DNA from: Wallemia ichthyophaga EXF-994
Taxonomy: Eukaryota > Fungi > Basidiomycota
Assembly (NCBI RefSeq): GCF_000400465.1
Contig: NW_008806285.1
Span: 150,001-182,000 of the forward strand
Direction of reading: 5' to 3'
Length of the DNA: 32,000 nucleotides
The first letter of the stretch is position 1; every line of letters starts with the position of its first letter. Positions 10,133 to 22,442 of the stretch are shown here, piece after piece. The translations under genes were made by a program, and so were the position numbers. Below the pieces are notes generated by a model that ran no database searches, was not told where the DNA came from, and worked only from the letters and a program-made list of their open reading frames with translations.

Positions 10133-13100
10133 ATGTCCAAAACGCCACCGAACATAGCTGTAATACCTAACGAGACGCCGAAAGCGAAAAAGAAGAACCC
10201 CATCAAGGCTATACGCTCTTTTGTGAGCAGGAACAACGCCGTGAAGCCAGAGAGCTTCAGACCACACGCCGACGAGATACCGTTTGCTTCTCTGCGAGTG
10301 CAAGTGCTTAATGCCAAAGATCTCGCAAGCAGAGACCGCAATGGACTGAGTGATCCGTTCATTGATATCAACTACGGCCTACTGCGCTTATCTACACCCT
10401 GCGTCAAGAAAACTGTAAATCCTTCATGGGATTCGAATGACGCGACGTTCGACATTAGTCTTTATAGATCTACAGTAGCAGATATTCTCCAGCTCGAATT
10501 CGTCTTGTGGGATAAGGATACTTTCGGCAAGGACTACCTTGGAGAATGCTGTGTCTATCTCGATGACTGGTTCCCAAAATTATATCCAAATCTCTCTACT
10601 AGAGCTGTTGAGTGGTCTGACCATCAGAATAATGTGCGTCGTCGGCTCTTTTCGGCGAACATTCATCCGTCGCTCCGGGTTTTGCTCTTTTACTAACTAA
10701 TGGCGTAGGTGCGCACCCTCAGTATCGAGTCGGCGAGGAAACACAACAGCGTCAGTGGCGTCCTCAATGTCAGATTCGGTCTCATTCAACACGTCGCATC
10801 CCCCGTTGTCGATTTGGCGAGTGAATTTGAGGATATTCTCGCGAAAGTTCGCAAATCTGTTGATTGCGGTTTATTGTCCGCTCCTCCTGTGGGTATTTTG
10901 GTGGTGTATGTACATGATGATGCTCACCTAAATGCAACACACAGGTCGCTTCAATAGGCACTCGTCTCATCAGCTCCAATTCCCTCTCGCAGCAAGTGAG
11001 CAACGACTCAACGCGCACCGTTGTCGCCTCAGGTTCAGGTAGCGAAGATATCCCATCTTATGCCCTCACCAGATCTACAACTGGAGGGAACGATAGCATC
11101 GGTGACGAGTCGGACACTTTCGACGATTCTGATGTAGATATAACTATATCAGACGTCGAAGGCGATGAAGTGGAAAATGATGCCGAAGAGGTTAGGCACG
11201 CTGACGAGTCAAACGTACCCACACCGACAGTCGGGAAAAGTGAAACAGAATCATTCATAAAGGGGATCGAGTCGAGAAGAAGTGAATCACAACCAGAGCA
11301 CAGAACATCTTCAACCCTCTCCCCGAGAGATATACCACCATTTAGAAAAAAGTCATCCAAGCTTAAACGCATGATAACACCGTTATCATCGAGACAAAAT
11401 AGCAGAGAAAGTATACCACTCGCCATCACACCACAGGGTGATATATCTGAACCTAATCTTTCTTCGCATTCGCCTATGTCTCTCAAATCTAAAAGAAGAA
11501 GGCCGAAGAAAGCGAGATCGAGTAGACCAAAAACTGGCGGGTTCAACTTGTACTCGGAAGATGCTTCCAATGTACTTGGTGTTGTGCTGTTAGAAGTCCG
11601 TCACGGTGAGGATTTGCCGAGAATGAAAAACTTGACTAGAACTGGATGGGATATGGACCCATTCGTCGTCATCAGTTTTGGCAAGAAGATATTTAGGACT
11701 AGGGTTATTCGGCACTCTCTAAACCCTACTTGGGACGAGCAGCTCTATTTCCATGTGCGTAACGGTGAAAGCAAATTTAATGTTGACTTCTCCGTCTTGG
11801 ATTGGGATAAACTCAGTGCGAACGATCATGTCGGAGAAGCTTCACTACCGCTCCAGGAACTAATATACAAAGCACCAAAAGCAGACGCCAGTACTGGATT
11901 GTTCAATACAGATGACTATGACGCGCATGGAATGGAGGATTACAAGCTAGATCTCAAGATAGATGAGAATTGGGAAGAAAAGCACCGACCAAATATACTC
12001 ATCAAAGCCAAATACCTGCCATACGCAGCGCTCAGACAAAGATTTTGGAGATCATACCTCGACCAATACGATACCGATGATACAGGAGCAATTGCACGTG
12101 TGGAGCTGACGATGATGCTTGACTCGCTTGGCTCGACACTCACATCACTCACTATCGACTCTTTCTTCACCAGATGGGACAAGGACCCGCGCAGTGACGA
12201 GCTTAGCTACGACCAGATCATACAGGTACTGGAGAATGAAACAAACAAACCAATTAACGAGAGGAGGTCACTTGATGCAGATGCTGACGAGACTGATGCT
12301 TCGGTGTCACCTGGCCCAACCACTCCAGCAGCATTGACGGCGTGCACTAACAGCAATGAAGCTCCTCTCGAATATACCGGACCTCTCGCGCGCCCGCCAA
12401 ATAACTCTCCTGATACCGTCGAAGAAAATAAGCGGGCATCTAAAGTAAAGAATGAAGGCGCGGGTAATGAGACTGATCCCTTGATTAGTGAAGAAACATC
12501 AAAGCTTAAAATTTCGACTGAATTTATCGACAGTTCAAAACTCTCCCCTCAAGGTGATTTCATGTCTTCGTCGTCGAGTATTTCTGGATACGATGCTAGC
12601 GATTTGGAAGATTCCACCGAGATTGAAAGAGATACTGCGAGCGACTACAGCAAGATGAAGTTAAGGATGGATGAGAGCCAGCACGAGAAAATTATTAACA
12701 TCAAAGTCTGCCCGCTCTGTCATAAGGGTAGATTGAACAGTAAAGCTGAAGTAGATATCGTTACACATCTGGCTATATGCGCGTCGACTGATTGGGGTAG
12801 ATTGAATAGAATAGCTGTGTCAAATTATGTCACGGCTTCTCAAGCTCAAAGGAAGTGGATTAGCAAGATCGCTTCAAAAATATCAACGGGATCTTACAAG
12901 CTAGGAGCTAATTCAGCAAATATACTTGTCCAAGATAGATTGTCAGGCAAGGTTCAAGAAGAGAAAATGCAGATATATGTGAGAATTGGTATTCGAATGC
13001 TTTACAAAGGAGCAAGATCAAAGATGGAAGGTAGTAGAGCTAGAAAATTACTCAAATCCATGTCAATAAAACAAGGTAAAAAGTATGATGACCCAGAATC

Positions 13101-13898
13101 AATTCGAGAGATACCCAACTTTATCCAATTCCATAATCTGCGAATGGACGAAGTGCTTGAGCCAGTCACAGCATTCAAAACATTTAACCAATTCTTTTAT
13201 AGAAAGTTGAAGGCTGATGCGAGGCCAGTAGAGAAACCAGAAGATGGATCGAGGTTGGTTAGTGCAGCTGACTGTAGAATGGTTGTGTTTGATGACTTTG
13301 ATGTTGCAACCAAGGTCTGGATAAAGGGTAGAGGATTTACAGTCGCCAAATTGCTCGGCGAGAAGGTATCTAAGGAGGATTGGTGTGCAGCACTGATTGA
13401 CAAGGAGCAATTGCCAAGTCTGTGTGTGTTCAGACTTGCTCCTCAAGACTATCACCGCTTTCACTCACCTGTTGATGGAGTTATGGGAGAGATTACGACG
13501 ATTGAGGGAGAATACTACACTGTCAACCCACAAGCTGTGAGATCGTCGATTTCTGTCTTTTCTGATAATGTGAGTGATGAAATTGAGTGGTTTAAAGCGG
13601 CTAATCACATACACAGGTACGCGTAATTGTGCCAATTCATACGGAACGCTACGGGACTGTAGTGGCAGTCTGTATCGGAGCCATGATGGTAGGTTCAACG
13701 ATACTGACGAAAAAGGAGGGCGAGAGAGTGAACAGAGGTGAAGAATTTGGATACTTTGCTTTCGGAGGATCGACAATTGTGTGCCTCTTTCCGTCAGGAG
13801 TTGTTTCATGGGATGATGACGTCAAGGAGAACAGCAGCGCAGCTATCGAAACGCTGGTGCGAGTTGGTATGGGTATTGGTTCGTTGAATGAACATTAG
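10133..13898 (+). CDS. PSD2: Phosphatidylserine decarboxylase 2 (two C2 domains, EF-hand-like segment, decarboxylase domain; 3 introns)
   Basis: C2 domains (LASRDRNGLSDPF; DMDPFVVISFGKKIFRTRVIRHSLNPTWDE), FNQFFYRKLK, RLAPQDYHRFHSPV, AVCIGAMMVGS, and the FGYFAFGGST autocleavage motif. Confidence 0.95.
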
Positions 13899-14119
13899 TT
13901 GTACAATCATTCACAGAGATATTTGAGTGGATTTGAGTGAATGAAAAATGGCACGCAAAATTACAGCGGATGATTGAGTAAAAGGGATGTAAGAAAGTAA
14001 TCGGAGTAATTGAATGTGATTAAATAAACAAAGACTCGTTGACGGAATTTATAAATTTACTTCTTCGTGTCCACTGTAAGCTTCTTGAAACGCAACGTCA
14101 GTGTCTGCAGACGATCTCG

Positions 14120-16084
14120 ATGGCTTTAAATTACCAACAGCTGGGGGAACGTCCGCAGGATATTCAGCAGTTGCAACAAGCCCAAGCTAGACGTTCTCCT
14201 CGTATGGCTGCTGCATTGCTTCAACAGAGGCGAAGTGCCGCTATGGGTCAGCCGACGCCGACTCCGAGTTTGGGGATAAATGCGTTTGAAGGGGGCAATA
14301 ATTCACCTGGCAGCTTCGATTGGAATCCTCAAATTCAATTTGGTACGTCTATTCACTCTTGTTTACTTGAAATTCCGGTGCTGATCTGATAATTTACAAG
14401 ACCCAAATCGCGAGCAGCAAATGCAGCAGCAGCGTCTAGCACAGTATCAACTTCAGCAGCATTTCTTGCAACAGCAGCAAATGCAGCAGCTTCAGAAGCA
14501 GCAGATGGCTCTCCACCAGCACCAGCAACAGCAACAGCATCATTATCAGCAGCAACAACAGCAACAACAGCAACAACAACAGCAGCAGATGCACTTTAAT
14601 AGCATGCAGCAGCAGCGTCCGTCACCTATAATAGGTCACTACCCACAGAGGCCATCGACCAGTGACGGCATGGGCCAATTAAATGACACTCAAGCAAACG
14701 CTGCTATGAATGGTATTGGCGGTATTAATAGCATGAGCGCTGCATCGGATGCACTTAATTTACAGTTGAACGGCAGTCAGCATCCTTCCCCGGCTCATCC
14801 GCCTAAAGCTATTCCTACGCCACAGCCAATGTCTACACCACAGCCCGTCCCAACGCCTCCTCATTCTATAGGCACTCCTCAACCACAGACGCGTCCACAC
14901 TCACTACCTCACCCTCAACTACATCATCCAAACGCTCAGGTACATCCCTACTCAGCTCAGATTCAGGCTTTGCAAGCTGCGCAGGCTGCACAGGTATCTC
15001 AGCATGCCCAGGCTCAACAACAGCAACTCCAGCAACAGCAAATACATCCACAACATCCACATCAACATTCAATACGGCCACCAATGGGAAACATGCCTGA
15101 GGGTATACCGCCGCAATTAGCGTGAGTTCAGAAGTCTGGTGAGCTCAATGGACTGACGTATTCAATCGCAGTAGAATGCCAAACCATTCAGCAGCAGTAG
15201 CAGCAGCAGCAGCAGCCCCACGTGCACACGCTGGTACACTCAGATTGTTACAGTATATCGAACACTTCAGGCGACACATAAGCCTAGTGCATGGAGGGAA
15301 TAACCAGCACAAGGGAATGGGGGAGCAGCTGAGTGCAACGCAATGGCAAAACTTTGTACAGGAGTTCTTTATGCCATCCGCGATGCTCAGACTTAACTTC
15401 AAGAAGCTTGACGGAGGATATATGAATCAGAACCCACAAGATATGAGACAGACACGACATTTCGACCTACCATTTACGACACTACCGAGATATCATGCAG
15501 CATGGTCGCACAGCCAAGTAGCGGGGATAACAATGTCAACACCGGGTGCGCATGAGAGTGTTTATCACACATCGGGACCGACAGCTCAAGGGTTAAGAGG
15601 ACCAAACGGAGAAATTTTGCCCTCTTCAATGACGACAATAGCTACACACCTCGTACAAGCACCACGAGCGATGGTGTTGTACACATTCTCTAATGGAACA
15701 TCAATTAGAATGATAGGACACTTGCGAGCTGCGCTGACGGCATCATTACCACCACAAAACGGAGGCGGTCAACACGCACTAAAGTTTGAAACGCTAGAAT
15801 TTGACGTAGAAGCGTGCATAGAATCATTAGACAGATCGGCAATACAGTACAGAGCTGGAGATGATATACCGAAGCTGCCGGAGTGCGTGGTGAACGACTA
15901 CGGGCTTCCAGTGAGCGTGATGAAGTGCTTGGAAATCGTAGAATCTGTGGTGCAGATGCAAGATGTAATGAATTTCAGTCTGAGGAATAACTGTGGACCA
16001 GCGGAGGCGTTGAAGGAAATAAACAAAATCAAAGATACCAATTTGAAGAAAAGAAAGCTTGAAGCTGGACAAAGCCCTTTATGA
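14120..16084 (+). CDS. Gln-rich transcriptional co-regulator with LIM-domain-binding domain (Mfg1/PtaB/Adn1/LDB1 family); 2 introns
   Basis: PolyQ N-half; C-half motifs LRLLQYIEHF, WQNFVQEFF, FDLPFTTLPRY, LKFETLEF and DYGLPVSVMKCLEIVESVVQMQDVMNFS...GP.EAL are typical of LIM_bind proteins. Confidence 0.75.
14547..14588 (+). repeat. CAG/CAA tract encoding 14 consecutive Gln within a longer Q-rich region
   Basis: Read directly. Confidence 0.9.
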
Positions 16085-16176
16085 GATTATAAATTTTGTA
16101 GTTATAAATTTATATGTTGTATTCCTGCGATACACGCAAACGCTGACGCCGACGATCAACAGCACAATAGACTAAG

Positions 16177-17959
16177 ATGGCGAGCGAGCTTAACCAGGAG
16201 ATTGAATACGTTCCACCACCCTACTATAATGAACAAAACTACGGTATGTTGATAGTACCGCCGTTTCACGCGTTTCCCGTCTCACTCCAACAAAGCATAC
16301 GAATACGATCCGAACGATATAAATATTGGACATTTATCGGTAAATGAGAATGTACAGCGAGCTCATTCACCAGCCTTGAACGGTTATACCAATCCAGACG
16401 CTGCGTCCATGTACTCGCAGAGCTCAGATCCACGTCTATCCCAGGGCGCTTTTCCCGCTTCGTTTAACCCCATGTTCGTAGCTAGGCCACCGGAGCCTGA
16501 GTCTGCTGCCGATGACGGCAGGTCTATAAGGTCTTTCGATACAGCTTCAGTGAATAACCAGTTGCCCGTCGCGAACGCACCAATGGTGCCAAACTTTTAT
16601 GCAGGTGCTGCGCCTCAAATGATGCCTTACAGCGGCTATCCTCCCTTTTATTCAAATCCTGATAATGTTTATACCTCCCCTCATCCGCAGATGTACTCGT
16701 CGATACCACCTGGATACAACATTCCTCCCCCGCCACCAATGCAGACTAGCCAGAACAGGTCAAAGACGTCGTTGAGCAGTCTAAGGACTCCTACGCTACC
16801 TACGAGGCAGCCAAAAACTCAAGTTAAGAATGAAATGCCTTACAATCGGGCCTTTGTCGATGATTACAGGACTAGAGTTAAGGGCGATCCTGATCCAGAG
16901 GCTCAGTTTGCTTATGCGAGATATTTAATTACTGCTGCTAAAAAGATTTACACGGACGAATCTCCAGCAAACCCCAAATCTGCTCATAAATACAGAGACT
17001 CGTTACTCGCAGAGTCCATCAAGGTTACAAAAAAACTAGCGACTCAACTAAAGCCAGGTTATGTCGAGGCTCAGTTCTTTCTTGCAAATTGCTTGGGTTC
17101 GGGGTCTTTAGGTTTGCAGACAGATCAGCAGAAGGCATATGATCTATATATAACTGCCGCCAAGAGGAACCACGGACCATCGACATACAGAGCTGCTGTG
17201 TGTAATGAACTAGGTGTTGGTACTAAGAAGGATGTAGCAAGGAGCTGTGAACTATACAGAAAAGCTGCGACTCTGGGTGAGACTGCCGCAATGTACAAAA
17301 TCGGTGTTATACTACTTAATGGGTTGTTGGGAGTGAATAGGAATGCAAAGGATGCTATTATTTGGTTCAACAGGGCTGCTCAGCAGGCTGACGAGGAAAA
17401 CCCACACGCCTTGCATGAATTAGCTTTGTTATATGAACATCCAGTTGCTGGTGCTTTGGTGCAAGATGATAATGTGGCATTTGATCTGTTCAGTCAAGCT
17501 GCACAGTATGGCTATGCACCAAGTCAGTTCAAGCTGGGTACTGCGTATGAGTACGGTAACTTGACATGCCCCGTTGATCCAAGAAGGTCGATTGCGTGGT
17601 ACACACGCGCTGCTGAAAAGGGCCATTCTGAAGCGGAGCTCGCGCTATCTGGTTGGTATTTGACGGGCTCTGAGGGTGTTCTCAAACAATCGGATGCTGA
17701 AGCTTTCCTTTGGGCCAGAAGAGCAGCCAATCAAGGACAAGCTAAGGCTGAGTATGCTGTTGGATACTACTCTGAAGTTGGCATTGGAGTGAAGCAGGAC
17801 TTAGAGTTGGCTAAGAAGTGGTACTTGAGAGCTTCACAGAAAGGCAATCAAAGAGCGTCACAAAGAATAGCTGAACTGAAGAGATTAGGAAATCAACGCA
17901 AAAATGGTAATAGACCTACACGCCAGCAAGCTAGAGATGAAGGATGCATAATAACGTAA
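16177..17959 (+). CDS. SKT5: Sel1-repeat chitin synthase activator (Skt5/Chs4); 1 intron
   Basis: DPEAQFAYARYL, multiple SEL1 repeats (AAMYKIG, SQFKLGTAYEYG, AELALSGWYLTGSEGVL, AEYAVGYYSEVGIG) and a C-terminal CaaX-like CIIT*. Confidence 0.88.
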
Positions 17960-18161
17960 TACAAGTTTCTTTACAATCATCGCAATACAAGTACAAGTAC
18001 ATTCAACATTAATACTCACATAGTCACTACATGACTTCATCACAATCATCATAGTCATTATTAAGCTAAGCTCAGCTCAGCTGCTCGTCATTCGTTTTTG
18101 CTTCTTGGATAACATTTCTCATAGAGTGTTTGTACAACTATAAGTCATTCATAAAAGATGT

Positions 18162-18815
18162 TCAAACCTTCTCAGCAGCCCAGACGCCAAACTTGCAAGC
18201 AGAACCTATAGCAGCGCTGAGGAGGGCGTGTGCTGGAGCCTGCTGTGCGCCGTGGTCAACGGCGGTGTCTAGGTGTTCGAGCTCATCATCTCTGAACTGC
18301 TCACACGTCTCCCTAAGCTTGACAAGATCTGGATGGAGATGCTCGAACTTTTTGAGCTGAATAATTTGACTGTGCGAGTGATTATGAGTTGTGATATCAT
18401 CGACTGGCAGGCACACTCACTCATCATAGTGCTCACCGATAACAGTCTCAACAGCCTCCGTGCAAGCCATAGCAGACTCCTTTCCCATGGCCGTTGTAGA
18501 CGCGCCCATAAACCAACCAGCAGCAACCCAAACAGGTGACAACATGGTCGGCCGCACCTGGAAATTCTCGAGAAGCTGGTTGAATGTTTTCAAGTGATGT
18601 TTCTCCTGATCCCACATGTTTTGTACTAGCTCAATTTCGCCTGCTCGCTCTACGCCGCCCTTCTTGGTGGCGTACATCTGCCCTGCATAGATCCAATTCG
18701 CACCGAGCTCGCCAGCGTGGTCGACGCGTATCAATCTGTCTATAACGTCTCTTTGAGAGGCAGATAAATTAATATTTTTGTACGTATTCAATAGCCTCAG
18801 CGAGCTTCTTAGCAT
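18162..18815 (-). CDS. COQ7: 5-demethoxyubiquinone hydroxylase, mitochondrial; 1 intron
   Basis: MLRSSLRLL presequence; diiron motifs IRVDHAGELGANWIYAGQ, QEKHH, AMACTEAVETVIGEHYDDQ and FRDDELEHLD. Confidence 0.95.
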
Positions 18816-18827
18816 TGTGCAGTGAGG

Positions 18828-19939
18828 ATGGTACGGAAGAGAGACTCGATAAAGAATAAAGTGAAGGAAGTTTTTAGCCCGTCTCCAACGCAAGAGCCAG
18901 TGGAGCACGCTGTAGACGACTCGCTCGAAGATGACTTATTTGCACAGCTCGATGCGAAGGAAGCTGAGCAGACATCGAATACGCCTTCTAAGACGCCTTC
19001 TCAGACGCACTCGATGAGGGAAGTTGAGGCTGAGGCTGAGGCTGAGCAGAAGAAGTCCCGCAAAGCCAGACGTGAAGTGGGTTTTTATGGCGTAACGAGC
19101 CATACAAACTGACTCTAGTTAAGGAGAAGCGTCTACTTGAAGAGGAATCTATTAGGCAGGCTGCTTTCGCAGAAGCTAACCTCCCTGAGAATGAGAAATT
19201 GGCTAAGGAAGCTACCGAGGAGGAGAAAATTATCATCGATATCTGCAACAAACACGCTCGGAAGATGCACGAAATCTCACCAGATGGTCACTGTCTCTAT
19301 GCCGCTATCGCTGATCAGGTCACCTGCGATAGTTTGCTCGAGTATTCTCCGCAGTTTCAGGTGGGCGTGGTGTTGATGTTGTTGGAACACTGTCTGACAT
19401 ACACATACAGGCTACTTACCAGGATATGAGGAGTACAGCCGCAAATTACCTCAGAGAACACGCAGATGACTTTATGCCTTTCCTTACAACTGCTAATCTT
19501 ACACCCGCTGATGGAGCTGACTCAGATGGTCATGAGGCTGAAGGTACACCGATGGATATTGCGCAGTTTAACAAGTATTGCGAGATTGTAGAGAATACCG
19601 GTGAATGGGGTGGTCATATTGAGGTTCGTTGCCTTGTCTTCTCACCAGTATATTCGCAACTTACAAAATTTGCAAAGCTACTCGCTATCAGTAGAGCTAT
19701 CAACAAACCTATACACGTCGTACAGCGGTCACATCACAATGTCATCCTCATCGGTGGTCGTGAGGGTGAATTCGAGCACAATCCAGAAGGCGTAGATGGT
19801 ATTTGGCTGAGTTTCCACACGCGTATGTATGGATTAGGAGAGGTGGGTAAAGCCTGTTTGATATGTGCCTGCTAACGTCAATGTGCCCGTCATGCAGCAT
19901 TACAACTCGTTGAGAAGGAAAGAAGACACAACGTCTTAG
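18828..19939 (+). CDS. OTU2: OTU-domain deubiquitinase (OTU2/OTUD6B-like); 4 introns
   Basis: Catalytic ISPDGHCLYAAIADQ, WGGHIE and YGLGE|HYNSLR motifs; N-terminal DDLFAQLD and coiled-coil region. Confidence 0.88.
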
Positions 19940-20189
19940 CTCGCAGCAGTATTGCTGTAAGATGCGGCTAATTGGCAATCGCTAATCGCCAACATTAGCG
20001 GAATGAGAATGATACTTGTAAATAGCCTCGATAAACGACATCGTGTACTCAAGCTGTCCTGGATTTACCACAATTCAGGCATACGGATCGTAAGCACTGT
20101 GTGTTTTGCTAGCAGATATTTCGCTCGCCCGCTATCTCCTCCCATCTCCCTTGCACCAGTTCTGCCACCATCATCGGCAACGAATAGCG

Positions 20190-22409
20190 ATGAAGAGAAA
20201 TATCCCGAACGAGCAGTACGGATATCAGCGCAAGTGGGTTACCTGTGTTGCAGACGTCGTGTGCACTGGCTGATAAACTACATTCGCAGACATCCGCGCT
20301 ACGCTTCCCAGGATCAGCATGGAAGGCGAGTAGATATGGTGACGACAGCAGATAGAACTGACGTAGACCGTGCAGTGGCTTCACAGAAGGCTACTCGCAC
20401 CAATCACCGCCAGCTGCAAGGCCACAAGAAGGCTACCGTAGTCCTGATCATACCATGTATAAAAGACATAAAGCCAGTCAGAATCACAAGGACAATTATA
20501 GATGGCAGAAAGACTACGAGGATTACCATCGTAGCGGCAGAAACATTGACTATGGCAAAAGCTATGGCAAGAACCACAGCAGCTATAGCAACAGGTATAA
20601 CGGAAACAACATGAATGATCAGAAGAATCTTAACGACTATGCTAACGCCATGAATCCTAACAATAAGTACAACCCGAGTAGCCCGAGGAAAAACCAATCT
20701 AAGAATAAGACTAAAAAGAAGAAGCCCAATAATAACAACAGCAACAACATACCACCGCAGAGTCGAAACTTAACGCCCAGCAGTCACATTGATAGACCAG
20801 ACTTTGAGCACAGGAGCATGCAGCCATTTGATGGCGATCCAATCGATAGGCACATCGATAATGTGATGCGAGGGGCTGGTGGAGGTGATAGAAGGTCCTC
20901 CTACGGCTCTTTTTCTCATTCAAAGTACTCTCACAATGGACCCCAGCCTTCGACAAGCAGGGAAATTTTACACCCTCCAACCAAGGGGACAGTGATAGAA
21001 GGAGGTAAGCATAATGACATCTTTGAATTCCGCTCTGATCGCTTCTGCAGCTAGAAATCGTTGGGTAGAGAATCAGCTCAAAGCCCAAGCTCAAACGCAG
21101 TCAGAAACACACCAGCAACCTCCCTCATCAAAGCCTCTATATCCAATACCGCCACCGCCATTGCCAAGTAAGCCACCTCCACCGCCAAAAGCTAGAAATC
21201 TGTCTCCGAAGAATCTTCCCTCTCCCAAGGAAGAAGACGTAGGCCCTATAGTACTTGGCTGGCATAATTTACCACGCTTCGACTTAAAGGAAGTCGATGA
21301 AAGCGCGTTCCAAGTGCCTGATAACATCACTGACTTCTACGACCGTCTGTGCCAAGTCGGTGAAGGCACGTACGGCAAGGTGTACAAAGCGAGGAACAAG
21401 GTGTCGAAGCTACACGTAGCTCTTAAAAGAATCAGGATGGAACAGGAGAGGGACGGTTTCCCAGTCACTGCTTTGAGAGAAATCAAGCTGCTGCAGCAGT
21501 CACATCATGACAACATTGTTAGGTTGCACGAGATGCTAGTGTCAAATGGTATGTACTGGTTTGACTCTTCTGTCCCGGTTGACGCTCTGCACAGGCTCAG
21601 TCTATATGGTGTTTGAGTACATGGAGAATGACCTCACAGGCTTGCTGCAGCATGGCCCACATCTCTTCCAATTGCAGCACAAAAAGTCGCTCTGCCAGCA
21701 AATGCTGGCTGGCTTGTCTTATCTCCATTACCGGGGAATCTTGCACAGGGACATGAAAGGCTCGAATATCCTGATATCGAACAAAGGTGTACTCAAGTTG
21801 GCCGACTTTGGTCTCGCTAGATTCTTTCACAAGCACCGCAAGGCGGACTACACCAACAGAGTGATAACTATCTGGTACAGGCCGCCTGAATTACTGCTTG
21901 GTGCTACGAGCTATGGTCCGGAAGTCGATATGTGGAGTGCTGGGTGCATAATGCTCGAGATCTACACCACGAAACCCGTCTTCCAAGGTGATAACGAGCT
22001 ACACCAGCTAGAGATTGTATTCAAAATGCTGGGCGCACCATCTCATCAGGACTGGCCAGGGTTTTCCAGCCTCCCGTGGTACGAATTGGTGCGACCAACA
22101 GGCAAGCACTCGTCTGAGCGGTTCAGGGAGACCTTCAAGAGATGGCTGACACCAGCAGGCTTAGAGCTCGCCCAAGCACTGCTGACATTTAATCCGCAGA
22201 AGAGGCTGTCGGCGAAAGATGCTCTGCAGCTGCCATTCTTCAAGTCGGAGGAACCGCTTCCAGAGCTCCCCAGCCATCTCGGCGAACTTCAAGGCGAGTG
22301 GCATGAGTTTGAGGCCAAGAGAGAGAAAGCACAGGCTAGACTGAAAGCTAAAGAGATGGAGAGCAAGGAGGGAACTGAAGGAGAGACAGCTAGAGAAAAT
22401 AGTGCATAG
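20190..22409 (+). CDS. CTK1: CTD kinase alpha subunit (Ctk1/Lsk1, CDK12-like); 4 introns including one predicted GC-AG
   Basis: VGEGTYGKVYKA, DGFPVTALREIKLL, HRDMKGSNILI, LADFGLAR, DYTNRVITIWYRPPELLLGAT. The 5' exons are reconstructed with lower certainty. Confidence 0.88.
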
Positions 22410-22442
22410 TGTTTAAATTATGATGTAAATTACATGAAACGT

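Noticed and set aside
919-13898. Apparent lipid cluster (desaturase, PEBP, PSD2)
   Set aside because: Interspersed with unrelated housekeeping genes and no shared motif seen; most likely chance.
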